DNA of 64,000 bases from contig CAZCFB010000013.1 in NCBI GenBank assembly GCA_964497805.1, positions 4,029 to 68,028 on the forward strand, read 5' to 3'. The notes beneath the pieces were generated by a model. It ran no database searches, was not told the DNA's origin, and was given only the letters and a program-made list of their open reading frames with translations. The DNA is from an uncultured Kofleriaceae bacterium. GTDB taxonomy: Bacteria > Myxococcota_A > Polyangia > GCA-2747355 > CAZCFB01. Position numbers and translations under genes: made by a program. Shown in pieces: positions 41,401-50,218 of this stretch; within the stretch, counting starts at the first letter, position 1; each line of letters begins with the position of its first letter.

Positions 41401-41491
41401 TGCTTTGTGCGTTGGCAGAGGACGCGGAGATTAGTGGCAAGACAACTGTGAGGGCGAGCAGGACGCGCCGGAGCTGCTGGTGCTGGCTCAT
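38450..41491 (-). CDS. giant secreted TPR-repeat protein with a central Ala/Lys/Arg-rich repetitive (TolA-like) segment
   Basis: Signal peptide followed by many TPR units (WYNLAYALRK..., PYFGLGLAYK...). The central segment is EAKARKRAEAKAAREAKIQARKDARARKKAEALAAREAKVRARQEAKDRKAAE. Confidence 0.7.
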   Translation of the reverse strand: MSQHQQLRRVLLALTVVLPLISASSANAQSKKAAALKKQGDAHVAAGDQVSAEASYKKAVAADPSYREGYTALSTHYLRQRKYDQAISLLQRAVKRDRKYGEGWYNLAYALRKRGKMADAIRAYKTFSRMEPTSADPYFGLGLAYKAQGKFGLASDAFRRYTELEKRSDRASWVAKAGAMADEMLKKAATSAPAAKPAPALAPATATAPTLPPAATPRPARNETARQQGDRLYREGKVAEAADKYLAAIRANPGDTAALDALATCLFRSRRYSKAVKVFRSAIKANPGYNQAWYNLAYALRKLGRHGKAVRAYQRYIEKDPDNADPYFGLALAYKGMGKKSAAATSFERYIEKEKRSGQEKWIHRARVEIARMRGKGKAAPVAAAAPAAASASPPALPGLPPVDSADKKPVAASEAEAAVAADSSSAGDEEARRQRERDMAMMDATAAYASKGKGRRKKGKRGLLPLVSPAEDRPMAPPAPGEPDGNAVSASDKLRQQGDTLARLGKCQQAQPLFVRATRKDPFNTAAYNGLAFCAYQLGHYKQGISALRVGMRDNLGYQTGWLHKARLERAAKENVSAVGSFRRYLGKGKPSPDAHFELARTLRDLGMKDQAVIAYGKYLRVENRAFAASQVLAAHQELKALGGTPPATKITMPGDRGRTVTVAEYIKGRKRQALALDAEREAAEAKEARRAKIRARKEAKARKRAEAKAAREAKIQARKDARARKKAEALAAREAKVRARQEAKDRKAAEAEAARQPVATPAPSSGSVELARAVSGDLSAEGTLPFPAAQAPTSMYKSASDAAKGLVRMADREFSKRHLVVAMGLYEQAAKLDPSSQEALYKGGATAMALGQMDRASSFYRKVLRLNSDDEAARYNLELCRRSAREQASAARLVKSRASRVESLLAARQYAAAAKAASSLLSMSPTARVYMLRGKARLGKGDPSGAINDGGRALSLNPDLSGAIRLLGDAHRKAGKRKKAIFFYRLYLARTPIRSSTQAERAQVVRILKGL
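39225..39475 (-). repeat. imperfect tandem nucleotide repeats encoding the A/K/R-rich coiled-coil segment of the giant TPR protein
   Basis: Repeated cttgcgcgcc / ggcctcggc units read directly. Confidence 0.5.
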
Positions 41492-41695
41492 GAACCACCT
41501 CTGGGGGTTTTTGCATTCAGTGATGATACGTTTCTCGCCGGGATTTTACCGTGCATTCCCGCCATCGTCACCTCTCGAAAATACCGTGAAAAATTGGAGA
41601 TACCCCATTGACCCTTTAAGCTCATCTGGTAGTTTATTGGCCCATCAGCACACACTGTAGTAAGGTGTAGGCAACTGTAAGAGGGAAGCTGACAA

Positions 41696-41785
41696 GATGC
41701 TCTACGTCGTTGGAAATGTCGCCTTGATGCTCGTAACTGTCGGACTCTTCGTGGCGACCATCCGCCTGGGCCGCCCCGAGTCGTA
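41696..41785 (+). CDS. candidate 29-aa single-TM mini-protein
   Basis: ATG preceded by AGAGGGAAG at the correct spacing. Product MLYVVGNVALMLVTVGLFVATIRLGRPES. It lies in an AT-richer intergenic stretch and falls below the ORF-track length cutoff. Confidence 0.25.
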
Positions 41786-41858
41786 GCAGACCCCCCTGCC
41801 CCACCCCACGGCTCCCTGCCGCGGGTATCCAGCTTCTACTTGTAATTTCGAAGACGTA

Positions 41859-43616
41859 CTACTTGATGGTCACCGGCCCGCCCACCTTGGTGGCGATCCA
41901 CTGCCAGTTGTCGATGATGGCCGCGGAGTCGAGGATCCTGTCCCCCTCGTCATGGATCCAGAAGGTGAGGGTCATGGTCTCCCCCGGCTTGCACGGGGCG
42001 GTGGTTGTGAGCCAGCCCGATGAGCTGCCTGCCTGCTTGCCGCTGATCCACTTGTCGTAGCCGGTGCCCGAGAGCTTCTGGGTCGCGCTGGAGGGATTCT
42101 CGAACCAGCCGTTGTTCACGGTGAGCGGCTGGCCCTTTATATCGAAGCTGATGTTCTGGGTCTTGCTTAGCTTGGCGCTGCTGAGCACGGCGTAGAAGGT
42201 GTCGTTGAACGAGCTCTTGACCCACTCCGGGTACTCGGCAGAGAGGAAGATGAAGTCGAACTTGAAGCCCTGGGCGTTCTTCGGGACCTTGATGGTGAGC
42301 TTCACCCAGGATGGGTCGTTCTCGGTGCGGCTCTCGCAGCACCCGCTGGGGCCGGGGTGAACCCACTTGCTGCCCCCTGGCACGGTGCACTTCATGCAGC
42401 CGGTGGTGCTCACCGGGTTGCCGTTGGTGTACTGCTTGGTGCCGTTCTGCACGTTGGTGCTCCACGCCACCCCGGACGAGATTGTGAAGAAGCCGCACCC
42501 CCGGCGGGGCTTGATCACACCGTATGAGCCGGTCTTCACCCCTCGGCTGTTGGCCTTGCCGCCGGAGGTGATGGTGACGCCCTTGAGGCACAGGTCGATG
42601 GCCTTGGCCTCGGTGACCCCGCCAGCGCAGTCGCACTGGGGCACGTTGTCCACCTTGCCGTCGCAGTCGTTGTCCTTGCCGTCCCCCTGGATCTCGGCGT
42701 ACTCCGGGCTGCGGGCCGCGTCATTGTCGTCGCAGTCCCCGTCACACCCGCTCACTCCGTCGCCGTCGTAGTCCTGCTTCTCCTGGTTGTCCGGGATCTT
42801 GTTGCAGTTGTTGTCGGTGGGGCTGTTGCACGCGACCTTGGCGCCCGGGTAGATGTTCTTGTCCTTGTCGTTGCAGTCCCCGTTGGTGACGGTCCAGCCG
42901 TCCCCGTCGATGTCCTCGTCCACCAGGTTGTCGCAGTTGTTGTCCTTGCCGTCGCCAGCGATCTCGGCGGCCTTGGGGTTCACCTTGGCGTCATTGTCGT
43001 CGCAATCCCCGGAGCAGGGGCCGTAGCCGTCCTTGTCCTTGTCCGGCTCCTTATCGTCGATGTATCCGTTGCAGTCGTTGTCCTTCTTGTCGTGGCAATT
43101 CTCGGTGGCCTTGGGGTTGACGTAGGCGTCCTTGTCGTCGCAGTCCCCCTTGGCCGTGGTGTAGCCGTCGCCGTCGTAGTCGCCGTCGATGATGCCGTCG
43201 CAGTTGTTGTCCTTGCCGTCCGCCACCTCCACCGCCGCGGGGCTGATGGTCTTGTCCTTGTCGTTGCAGTCCCCCTGGCACGGCCCGTAGCCGTCGCCGT
43301 CTCCGTCAGGCTCGTACAGGTCAGCGGTGCCGTTGCAGTTGTTGTCCACGCTGTCGTTGCAGATCTCCGTGGCGCCGGGGTGGATAGATGCGTTGTAGTC
43401 GTTGCAGTCCCCCTGGGTCTCGGTGTACTTGTCCCCGTCGTTGTCGATGGTGCCGTTGGGATCGTCGGCGTAGTCGCTCAGGCCCGCGTCGAAGATCGCG
43501 CTGAGGCCGTCGGCGTCAGACGGGTGGTTGGTGAACAGGGTCTCGGTGCGGCACCCGCCCATGGTCACCAGGGCCAGTACGGCAAGGACGCAAAGGATTG
43601 GGGATAACCTCATCAT
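41859..43616 (-). CDS. lipoprotein with ~8 MopE-type putative metal-binding Cys/Asp-rich repeats and a C-terminal beta-sandwich domain
   Basis: Lipobox LVTMGGC. Repeats of GDCxDxDxxxxPxAxExCNxxDNNCDGxxDE. A C-terminal domain with FKFDFIFLSAEYPEW and WIHDEGDRILDSAAIIDNWQW. The start ATG lies 1 nt after the upstream VWA gene stop. Confidence 0.75.
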   Translation of the reverse strand: MMRLSPILCVLAVLALVTMGGCRTETLFTNHPSDADGLSAIFDAGLSDYADDPNGTIDNDGDKYTETQGDCNDYNASIHPGATEICNDSVDNNCNGTADLYEPDGDGDGYGPCQGDCNDKDKTISPAAVEVADGKDNNCDGIIDGDYDGDGYTTAKGDCDDKDAYVNPKATENCHDKKDNDCNGYIDDKEPDKDKDGYGPCSGDCDDNDAKVNPKAAEIAGDGKDNNCDNLVDEDIDGDGWTVTNGDCNDKDKNIYPGAKVACNSPTDNNCNKIPDNQEKQDYDGDGVSGCDGDCDDNDAARSPEYAEIQGDGKDNDCDGKVDNVPQCDCAGGVTEAKAIDLCLKGVTITSGGKANSRGVKTGSYGVIKPRRGCGFFTISSGVAWSTNVQNGTKQYTNGNPVSTTGCMKCTVPGGSKWVHPGPSGCCESRTENDPSWVKLTIKVPKNAQGFKFDFIFLSAEYPEWVKSSFNDTFYAVLSSAKLSKTQNISFDIKGQPLTVNNGWFENPSSATQKLSGTGYDKWISGKQAGSSSGWLTTTAPCKPGETMTLTFWIHDEGDRILDSAAIIDNWQWIATKVGGPVTIK

Positions 43617-43617
43617 C

Positions 43618-44757
43618 TCAATTCACCTCGCACTTGAAAGTGGCGGTGACGGTGTGCTTGGTCCCGTCTTGTAGGGATTTACAGTAGCTCCCGTACAGCT
43701 TGATCTTGGTCATGGTGGCGTCCGAGAAGTCCCAGCCGTTGGTCTTGGTCTTGTCCCTGGGCACCGGCTTGCCGTCCAGGTAGACCAGCACGTAGTCGGG
43801 CTCCTTGGGCTTCTCTGCCAGGTCGATTGTGCAGGAGATCACCGAGGCCGCGATGATGTTCAGCGCGTTCTGGATCTCTGTCTTGCTGCTCGCTTTGTAA
43901 TAGGAGGTGGTGCCGCCTATCTGGGGCGCGCCCCCCGCGATGGCCATGGCCTCGAGCAGGGTTACGTACTCGGCGGTCCCCTCCAGCCCGATGACGAAGG
44001 TCGTGATCCCCTTGCTGGTCCTGATCTCCTTGATCACCTTGAGGCTGTTGGCGTCGTCCAGGCAGGTGTGGCCCACGTTGCACTTTGCCGTGGGATGGCT
44101 GGTGCAGCAGTAGTCCTTGCTGGAGGCGTATGTGCAGCTGCACTTGGGCTTGGAGATGAGCAGGTAGTTGCAGTTGGGGCCACCGTCGGTGGCCAGCACC
44201 AGGTACTTCTTGGCCGCCTTGTTGCCCAGGCTGGAGAGAGACGAGGCCGCGTTGTTCAGGGCCGCCGCCGTGGGCGTGCCCCCGGCCGGTTTGGCGGCTG
44301 CCAGGTAGGAGAGCACCCCGGCGCGGTTGTTCAGGCCCACCTTCACCTGGGGCCCGGGGGTCTTGCACATGGAGTCCGAGGGGTACATCAGCAGGCCGAA
44401 GTGGATGCTGCTCTCGTACTTCTGAAGGGCAAAGTCCGCGGCCCCGTACAGCTCCTTCCACTTGGTGACCGTGGCGGAGGACGCCTTGTCGCTCATGGAG
44501 CCCGACCGGTCCAGCACCAGGTACACCTCGGCGGGCGGGGCCTGCTTCAGGGTGAAGTTCTTCGGCTTGCACCCGGGCAGCGCGTCACGGTGTTTGGCGC
44601 CGCCGTCGTTGGGTTTGAAGGTGTCGAAGCCAGCCTCAACCTTGGCGTCAGAGGAGGCGGCAGCATCGACCGGGGCGCTCAAAAAGGTCGACGACCCCTC
44701 GCAGGCCGGGAGCGCCAGAAGCAGGGCTGCGAGCAGTATGCGGCTAGTTTGGCTCAT
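43618..44757 (-). CDS. VWA-domain lipoprotein
   Basis: Start at MSQTSRILLAALLLALPAC (lipobox). MIDAS motif LVLDRSGSMSD. The longer track ORF includes non-coding upstream DNA. Confidence 0.7.
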   Translation of the reverse strand: MSQTSRILLAALLLALPACEGSSTFLSAPVDAAASSDAKVEAGFDTFKPNDGGAKHRDALPGCKPKNFTLKQAPPAEVYLVLDRSGSMSDKASSATVTKWKELYGAADFALQKYESSIHFGLLMYPSDSMCKTPGPQVKVGLNNRAGVLSYLAAAKPAGGTPTAAALNNAASSLSSLGNKAAKKYLVLATDGGPNCNYLLISKPKCSCTYASSKDYCCTSHPTAKCNVGHTCLDDANSLKVIKEIRTSKGITTFVIGLEGTAEYVTLLEAMAIAGGAPQIGGTTSYYKASSKTEIQNALNIIAASVISCTIDLAEKPKEPDYVLVYLDGKPVPRDKTKTNGWDFSDATMTKIKLYGSYCKSLQDGTKHTVTATFKCEVN

Positions 44758-44808
44758 CAATGGCGGTTCTCCGATCTCCAACGCTGCCATGGTAGCATTC
44801 ATGTCGTC

Positions 44809-45411
44809 ATGACCACCCTCGAAAAGCTCATCGGAGCCCGCCGCGCAGACCTCTCGACCATCTCGACTCACCTGGACGCCCTGCCCCACCAGGACCGCAT
44901 GGAGCAGGTGCTGGATCTGGGCTGGCGATCCCAGCGCCGCCTCTTTGAGGTGTGCCTCCAGGGGCCCGCCGTCACCCTGGATCACTTCGTGCCCCCTGGC
45001 GTGCCCGACCTGCAGGAGGTGGTGCACCACGGGCGCAACACCTTCCCCACCTTCCGCTTCTTCCAGAAACGGTTCTGCCGCCCAGGCGGAGAGACCGAGC
45101 GCCTGTACGGCTACAACCATGGCCCAACGCTGCGGCTGCTTGGGCCGGGCTACTTCGTCGCCCACCCCACCGAGAGCACGCCAGGGTGGGGAGCGCGCGG
45201 CGCCGTGGTGGTGGACTACTTCATGGTGCCCGACACCGAGGTGCCGTCAGGCTGGCCCAAGGTCATCCCCAACAGCGTGGGCGGCCAGCGCCTGGTGTAC
45301 GACCGCACCCGCGACTTCATGCGCAGGGTCTCCGAGCATGTGAGCATCGGGAGGGCGTGGAAGGAGAAGCGGAAGCTGCCGGCGTATTTCGTGTTGGTGC
45401 GCGAGGACTAA
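44809..45411 (+). CDS. hypothetical protein, 200 aa
   Basis: ATG at 44809 is in frame with track ORF 44068-45411. No recognisable motifs. Confidence 0.4.
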   Translation: MTTLEKLIGARRADLSTISTHLDALPHQDRMEQVLDLGWRSQRRLFEVCLQGPAVTLDHFVPPGVPDLQEVVHHGRNTFPTFRFFQKRFCRPGGETERLYGYNHGPTLRLLGPGYFVAHPTESTPGWGARGAVVVDYFMVPDTEVPSGWPKVIPNSVGGQRLVYDRTRDFMRRVSEHVSIGRAWKEKRKLPAYFVLVRED

Positions 45412-45432
45412 CCCCGTCGACGTCGACCTAAC

Positions 45433-46065
45433 CTATCCGTAAATACTCTTCACAAAGGCCTGGAGCAGGTCGTGGAACTTGTCCGTCTCGTCCAGGTAGC
45501 AGGCGTGGCGGGCATCTTCGAGCACCTCCAGCCGGGCAGACGGAATGGTCCGCTCCAGGTGCCTTCCCATCTCCACGGGGTAGCGTGCGTCATCCTCGCC
45601 CCAGATCACCAGGGTTGGGACCTCGGATCCTGACAGCCTGTCCGCGAACTCATTCACAGCCACGGGGGCCACGGCCACCAGGCCGTTGAGGTCCTTGGGG
45701 TGGCGCTGCATCCAGGGGAAGGCGTAGCGGCCGGCCAGGCAGGGGGCGACAACCACAGGTCGGGAGATCTCCAGGGCGGGCAGGATCTCCTTGAGGTAGG
45801 TGTTGGGCGAGAGGCGGATGTCATCTGTGGTGCCGAAGCCGGGCAGGTCAATGGCGATGGCCCGGTACCCCATGCCCGCCAGCAGCTTGAGGGTGCCAAG
45901 CTCTTCCCACACCGAGGCGTCGCTGTTGCGGCCATGGAGCAGGAGCACGGGCGGATCTTCGAGCCCCCCGGCGGCCAGCACATGGATCCGGTAGGTGCTG
46001 TGCAGGGTGTGGTAATCGTCGATGGCGATTTCGTCCTCGGCGGTGATGCACTCGTCGGTGGTCAC
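45433..46065 (-). CDS. alpha/beta-fold hydrolase
   Basis: HGRNSDASVWEELG and a nucleophile-elbow-like context. It has typical alpha/beta hydrolase length. Confidence 0.6.
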   Translation of the reverse strand: MTTDECITAEDEIAIDDYHTLHSTYRIHVLAAGGLEDPPVLLLHGRNSDASVWEELGTLKLLAGMGYRAIAIDLPGFGTTDDIRLSPNTYLKEILPALEISRPVVVAPCLAGRYAFPWMQRHPKDLNGLVAVAPVAVNEFADRLSGSEVPTLVIWGEDDARYPVEMGRHLERTIPSARLEVLEDARHACYLDETDKFHDLLQAFVKSIYG

Positions 46066-46132
46066 ATGCTTACTCTCTGCAGGTTTAACCGGAATCTAAT
46101 TGAGGAGGAGCACCTGCGCAACCTCCCAGGGC

Positions 46133-46927
46133 TCAAGGCCACGCTGCCAGGTAGTCGAAGCTGGCCCGGGAGTAGAAGGTCACCAGGGCCACGCCGCCGT
46201 TGAGCATGTCCAGGATCGGGAACAGGATCGATTTGTTCTGATCCGGCAGGTAGCAGGTGATCACGCTCCCCACCGCCCCCACCCGGATCCTGTACGGCGA
46301 GCCCAAGGCGATGCTCGCTGTTCGGCTGTCCAAGATTGTGCAGTCATTGGTGCCGCCCCCAGGGCAGCGGGCCAGGACCAGCTGGTTGGCGTCAGGGCTC
46401 ACCGCGCAGACATACATGGCCGGCGGCGCGGGGGGCTTGTAACCCGAGGTCTGCACCCGCACGCCCAGGCCCGCCCCCTCGGTCCAGCTCGCGATGCCCT
46501 TGATGGCGTGGATCTGCACCAGGGTCTCGGCATAGTAATCATTGGCCGGCACCGCGGCGGTGGCGTGGCAGCCGTTGTTGGCCGTGGAGGTCTGGTGCAG
46601 CAATCCGTCGAACACCTTCCAGGTGCACCCCGCCCCGGCCCTGACCGCACCCATGCCGCCCTTGAAGAGCTCCTTGATATAAAACCCGCCGGTGTCGCTG
46701 CGGCCCAGGTCCTGCGTGCTCAGCTCCGCCCAGGTGATCTGATCCCCTGCCGGCTCGGCGTCACCGGCGGCTGCGTCTGCGGAGACCTCCCGATCCTCAT
46801 ACTGGAAGATCAGGTGGCACCCCGTGAGAGCCAAACACAGGGCAGCGCATGTGAGGATTCGAGGCACGGATCCAGGATAGCAAAGGAAGGGCAAGGGCAA
46901 AGCCAGGGTCCACGTATTATTCCCCAT
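46133..46927 (-). CDS. hypothetical lipoprotein
   Basis: Lipobox CLALTGC after a hydrophobic N-terminus. No known motifs. Confidence 0.4.
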   Translation of the reverse strand: MGNNTWTLALPLPFLCYPGSVPRILTCAALCLALTGCHLIFQYEDREVSADAAAGDAEPAGDQITWAELSTQDLGRSDTGGFYIKELFKGGMGAVRAGAGCTWKVFDGLLHQTSTANNGCHATAAVPANDYYAETLVQIHAIKGIASWTEGAGLGVRVQTSGYKPPAPPAMYVCAVSPDANQLVLARCPGGGTNDCTILDSRTASIALGSPYRIRVGAVGSVITCYLPDQNKSILFPILDMLNGGVALVTFYSRASFDYLAAWP

Positions 46928-48140
46928 GATGCCTCACCCACCACCCCTGGCCCTGGCCCTGGCCCTCCTAATCCTCCCTCACCCTGCCCTTGCCCAGGAC
47001 AACAGCCTCCTCATCGCAGCCCTCCCGCCCGGCGGCACCCACGCCGCTGACCGCGCCATCCACGCCCGCCTGGGTGAAACTGTCCAACTCTTCGCCGTGC
47101 TCAAGCGTGGCCGCGGCCGCCGCGCCGTCTACCACACCGACGCCCCTGCCCTGCGGCTGCGCGGCAGGCGCGTCGCGAAGTCCAGGATCCGCCCCTGGTC
47201 CTCGGCCAGCGCGTCGTCCCTTCAGTGGCTGCGGGTGGAGCCCCGCCCCCACCATGTGGACACAGATCCCCCCAACCCCGGGAACCCGGCCTACTCCAAC
47301 GCCATCCTGTTCGGCAAGAAGCACGGCTCCTGGCTCGGCTTCGACACAATCGAGTACCACGAGACCGACATCCCCGGCGCCTCGGAGAGCGCGCTCACGG
47401 TTAGCCGGGTGCGCCCCACCAACGATAAGGTGAACGTGCACGGCGGGCTCGGCACCATGCGCTACCGGGTGCGCGCCCGGATCGGGGCCCAGGAGCTGGG
47501 CTCACACGGGGCCGCCGAGGTCAGCCGCCAGGGCATCTCCACCAGGGTGATGCGGGTGACCTTCCGCTCGGGGGACTCCCTGGCAGGACACCTGCGGGGG
47601 TACTTCAATGTGCCCAACGTCTTCGGCAGCGCAGGAGGAAGCGGCAAGCGGCACCAGGCGGCGCGGTACCAGGGGGCAGACTGCGCCGACGTGCTCATCG
47701 GCGCTGCCAGGGAGGCCGGGGCCAGGGTGCCCTACACAAGCGTGGCCGGGCTCCGCGCCCACACGGTGAAGCTCACCCCGAGGCTGCTCCTGCGCCGGGA
47801 CGGCCTGTACAGCGAGGACGGCCTCACCCGCCAGACCCTGCGCTTCAACGAGGAGCTGAGCTCGGGTGACCTCATGTTGATCGACTACAAGGGCTTCGAC
47901 GGCTCCCCCCGCTCCTGGGACCACATCGCCATGATCGACCGGGACAGGGGCAAGGCGGGCGTGTTCGACCCCGACGATCCCGTGCTGCACATGGGCTACC
48001 TGTACGGCCTCACCGAGGCGCCGGCCCACACCGAGGGTCCCGCGTACGTCCAGTTCAGGCGCCTGAAGAAGAAGTACCGGCGGCAAATGGATCGCCGCCG
48101 GCGCTACTTGCAGCGCAGGGCGGCCAGGCAGGCGCGCTGA
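46926..48140 (+). CDS. hypothetical secreted protein with a basic C-terminal tail
   Basis: Signal ALALALLILPHPALAQD. The C-terminal tail is rich in R/K/Q. Confidence 0.4.
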   Translation: MMPHPPPLALALALLILPHPALAQDNSLLIAALPPGGTHAADRAIHARLGETVQLFAVLKRGRGRRAVYHTDAPALRLRGRRVAKSRIRPWSSASASSLQWLRVEPRPHHVDTDPPNPGNPAYSNAILFGKKHGSWLGFDTIEYHETDIPGASESALTVSRVRPTNDKVNVHGGLGTMRYRVRARIGAQELGSHGAAEVSRQGISTRVMRVTFRSGDSLAGHLRGYFNVPNVFGSAGGSGKRHQAARYQGADCADVLIGAAREAGARVPYTSVAGLRAHTVKLTPRLLLRRDGLYSEDGLTRQTLRFNEELSSGDLMLIDYKGFDGSPRSWDHIAMIDRDRGKAGVFDPDDPVLHMGYLYGLTEAPAHTEGPAYVQFRRLKKKYRRQMDRRRRYLQRRAARQAR

Positions 48141-49303
48141 GTGGGCAGGCCCGAGAGGCCGGCTTGCATGGCGACGCCCACGGTATCTCCGGCCCACGCG
48201 GTCGCCGGCCTGCTGGAGGTGAGCAGGCAGCCTGCCACCGCCACCGCCCCCCCCACGGGCGCGCCGTCCCTGTTCAGCAGCCGGGCGGAGAGCCTCAGAT
48301 CGGCACGCTTTGCGTCGTACACCACAACGAACCGCTTGCCAGACCATGCCAGGGCCATGGGGGCGTCTCCAGCGCCCACGCCGCTGGCCACCTTGCGCTC
48401 AGGCCCCAGGCCGCTACCCATGGCCTGAACAATCCTGAACATCAGATCCACCTTGCCAGGGTTGGTGGCCTGCTGGAGGTAGAGGATCCCCACCCGGTCA
48501 GGGCTCACGAGGACGTAGCGCGCGGCCCAGGGACCGGACCGCTGGGCTACCACGGCTGGGAACGCCAGCATTCTCCCGTCCTGTGCCAGCCTGGCCAGCA
48601 TGTAGTGCTTGCCCCACCAGCCCGCCAGGAATCCTCCGTCGGACCTCTCGGACAGCCAGAGGTCGTTGTAGCTGTCGCCAGTCACAACCCTGCGCGCCGC
48701 CCCTGTCTTGCCAGCGCTGTCCATGGCGCGGAAGTTGATCGTCCCCACCTTGCTGGGGTGGGTGTAGATCATCCCGTACCCGCCTTTCCCCCGCGCCGCC
48801 AGCGCCTGGGCCATGGCCTGGGCCGTGATCTCGAGCGTCGGCCCCAGGGGCTTACCCGCGCCGTCGAACCTGGCCAGCACCAGCTTCGGCACCATGGATC
48901 CGGTGGTCGAACCCCGCATGAACAGGGCGGCCCACTCCTGCGGCCCCACCGCCAGGGCCGCCGGCGCGCCCGGGATCGCGCTCGAGACCACCGCGCCCGC
49001 CGTCGGTGATGGCTTCAGGCCAGCGCCGAAGGTTGCGAACCGCAGCTCCAGATCGTTGGTGCCTGGTTTGCGCGTGGTGGTCCACGAGACCCCGAGGAGG
49101 CCGCCCCTCCCTGCGATGGAGGGCGCGTGGCTGTCCTTTCCGGGAGGCCCGAGCTCTGCCGAGCCCAGGGATACCAACGAGCTGCAGGCAGCCGGGGGAA
49201 CGGCGCCGTCAGCTTCAGGAGAGGTGGCCTTGCCGGCCAAACCGGAGCGGCCGCAACCAGAGGCAAAAACTGGGAGGACAAGGGAGAGGATCAGGAGGCG
49301 CAT
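48104..49303 (-). CDS. hypothetical lipoprotein
   Basis: Start taken at MRLLILSLVLPVFASGC (lipobox). Confidence 0.4.
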   Translation of the reverse strand: MRLLILSLVLPVFASGCGRSGLAGKATSPEADGAVPPAACSSLVSLGSAELGPPGKDSHAPSIAGRGGLLGVSWTTTRKPGTNDLELRFATFGAGLKPSPTAGAVVSSAIPGAPAALAVGPQEWAALFMRGSTTGSMVPKLVLARFDGAGKPLGPTLEITAQAMAQALAARGKGGYGMIYTHPSKVGTINFRAMDSAGKTGAARRVVTGDSYNDLWLSERSDGGFLAGWWGKHYMLARLAQDGRMLAFPAVVAQRSGPWAARYVLVSPDRVGILYLQQATNPGKVDLMFRIVQAMGSGLGPERKVASGVGAGDAPMALAWSGKRFVVVYDAKRADLRLSARLLNRDGAPVGGAVAVAGCLLTSSRPATAWAGDTVGVAMQAGLSGLPTQRACLAALRCK

Positions 49304-49324
49304 GCCTCCAGGGTACACCTACGA

Positions 49325-50218
49325 TTAAAGCAGGGTCTGGGCGCCGTCCTCGAAGGCCATGAAGCTATCCTTGCCCAGCACCTCCAGCAGGGGCCCGTTG
49401 TTGGCCACCTCGTCGGTGTCGGTGGTCTGCAGCAGGTCCTTGTTGAAGATGGAGACGAAGTAGGTGCTCGCGATGAAGAGCTGCTTCGGCAGGTGCAGCT
49501 TGAACACGTTCTTGCCGATGAGCCCGCACAGGATGTCGGTGATGTCGTCCAGGGGGATCGCCCTGGGCCCGCCGATATCGAAGGCCTCGCCCTTGAACCG
49601 ATCCTTCTCGATGAAGAAGTTGATGGCGTGGTTGAAGTCGTCCACATGCACCGGCTGCCGGGTGTACCTGCCGTCGCCGATGACCGGGATGGCGGGCAGC
49701 TTCTTGATGAAGTTGACCAGGGCGTGGAACGACTGGTCGCGGGCCGCCTTGTGGTCGGGCAGCAGCGGACCGTATGGCGCCGCCGGGCGCAGGCTCACGT
49801 GGGGCACGCCCGAGGCCTTGGCCGCGTTCTCGTCGTCGATCTTGGACTGGGCGTACTGGTTCAGCTTGGAGAAGTTCACCTGCGAGGAGCTGATGTAAAC
49901 CAGCTTGGCCCCGGAGATTTTGCACGCCTCCAGCACGTTGACCATCATCTTGGTGTTGATGTCGCGGGCGTTGTCCTCGGTGATGGCCGCGGCCATGTGC
50001 ACGATGACGTCCGGCTCGGTGGAGGCCAGCATCTGGGCTGACATGGGCCGGGTCAGGTCAGCGGTGAGGCAGGTGAGGTTGTCCGCGGTGAAGCCCAGCG
50101 GCGTGGACCGCACCTGGGCCACCAGCTTCCAGTCAGGGTGGTTGCGCAGGGTGTACTTGATGTAGTGAGCGCCCAGGAATCCGGACGCGCCGGTAACGGT
50201 GACGGTTAGAGGGGCCAT
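49325..50218 (-). CDS. NAD(P)-dependent epimerase/dehydratase-family SDR
   Basis: TGASGFLG Rossmann motif and catalytic YAQSK. Confidence 0.7.
   Translation of the reverse strand: MAPLTVTVTGASGFLGAHYIKYTLRNHPDWKLVAQVRSTPLGFTADNLTCLTADLTRPMSAQMLASTEPDVIVHMAAAITEDNARDINTKMMVNVLEACKISGAKLVYISSSQVNFSKLNQYAQSKIDDENAAKASGVPHVSLRPAAPYGPLLPDHKAARDQSFHALVNFIKKLPAIPVIGDGRYTRQPVHVDDFNHAINFFIEKDRFKGEAFDIGGPRAIPLDDITDILCGLIGKNVFKLHLPKQLFIASTYFVSIFNKDLLQTTDTDEVANNGPLLEVLGKDSFMAFEDGAQTLL

Noticed and set aside
45412-45432. GTCGACGTCGAC 12-bp palindrome between convergent genes.
   Set aside because: Too short and loop-less to call a terminator. Probably a chance restriction-site-like palindrome in GC-rich DNA.
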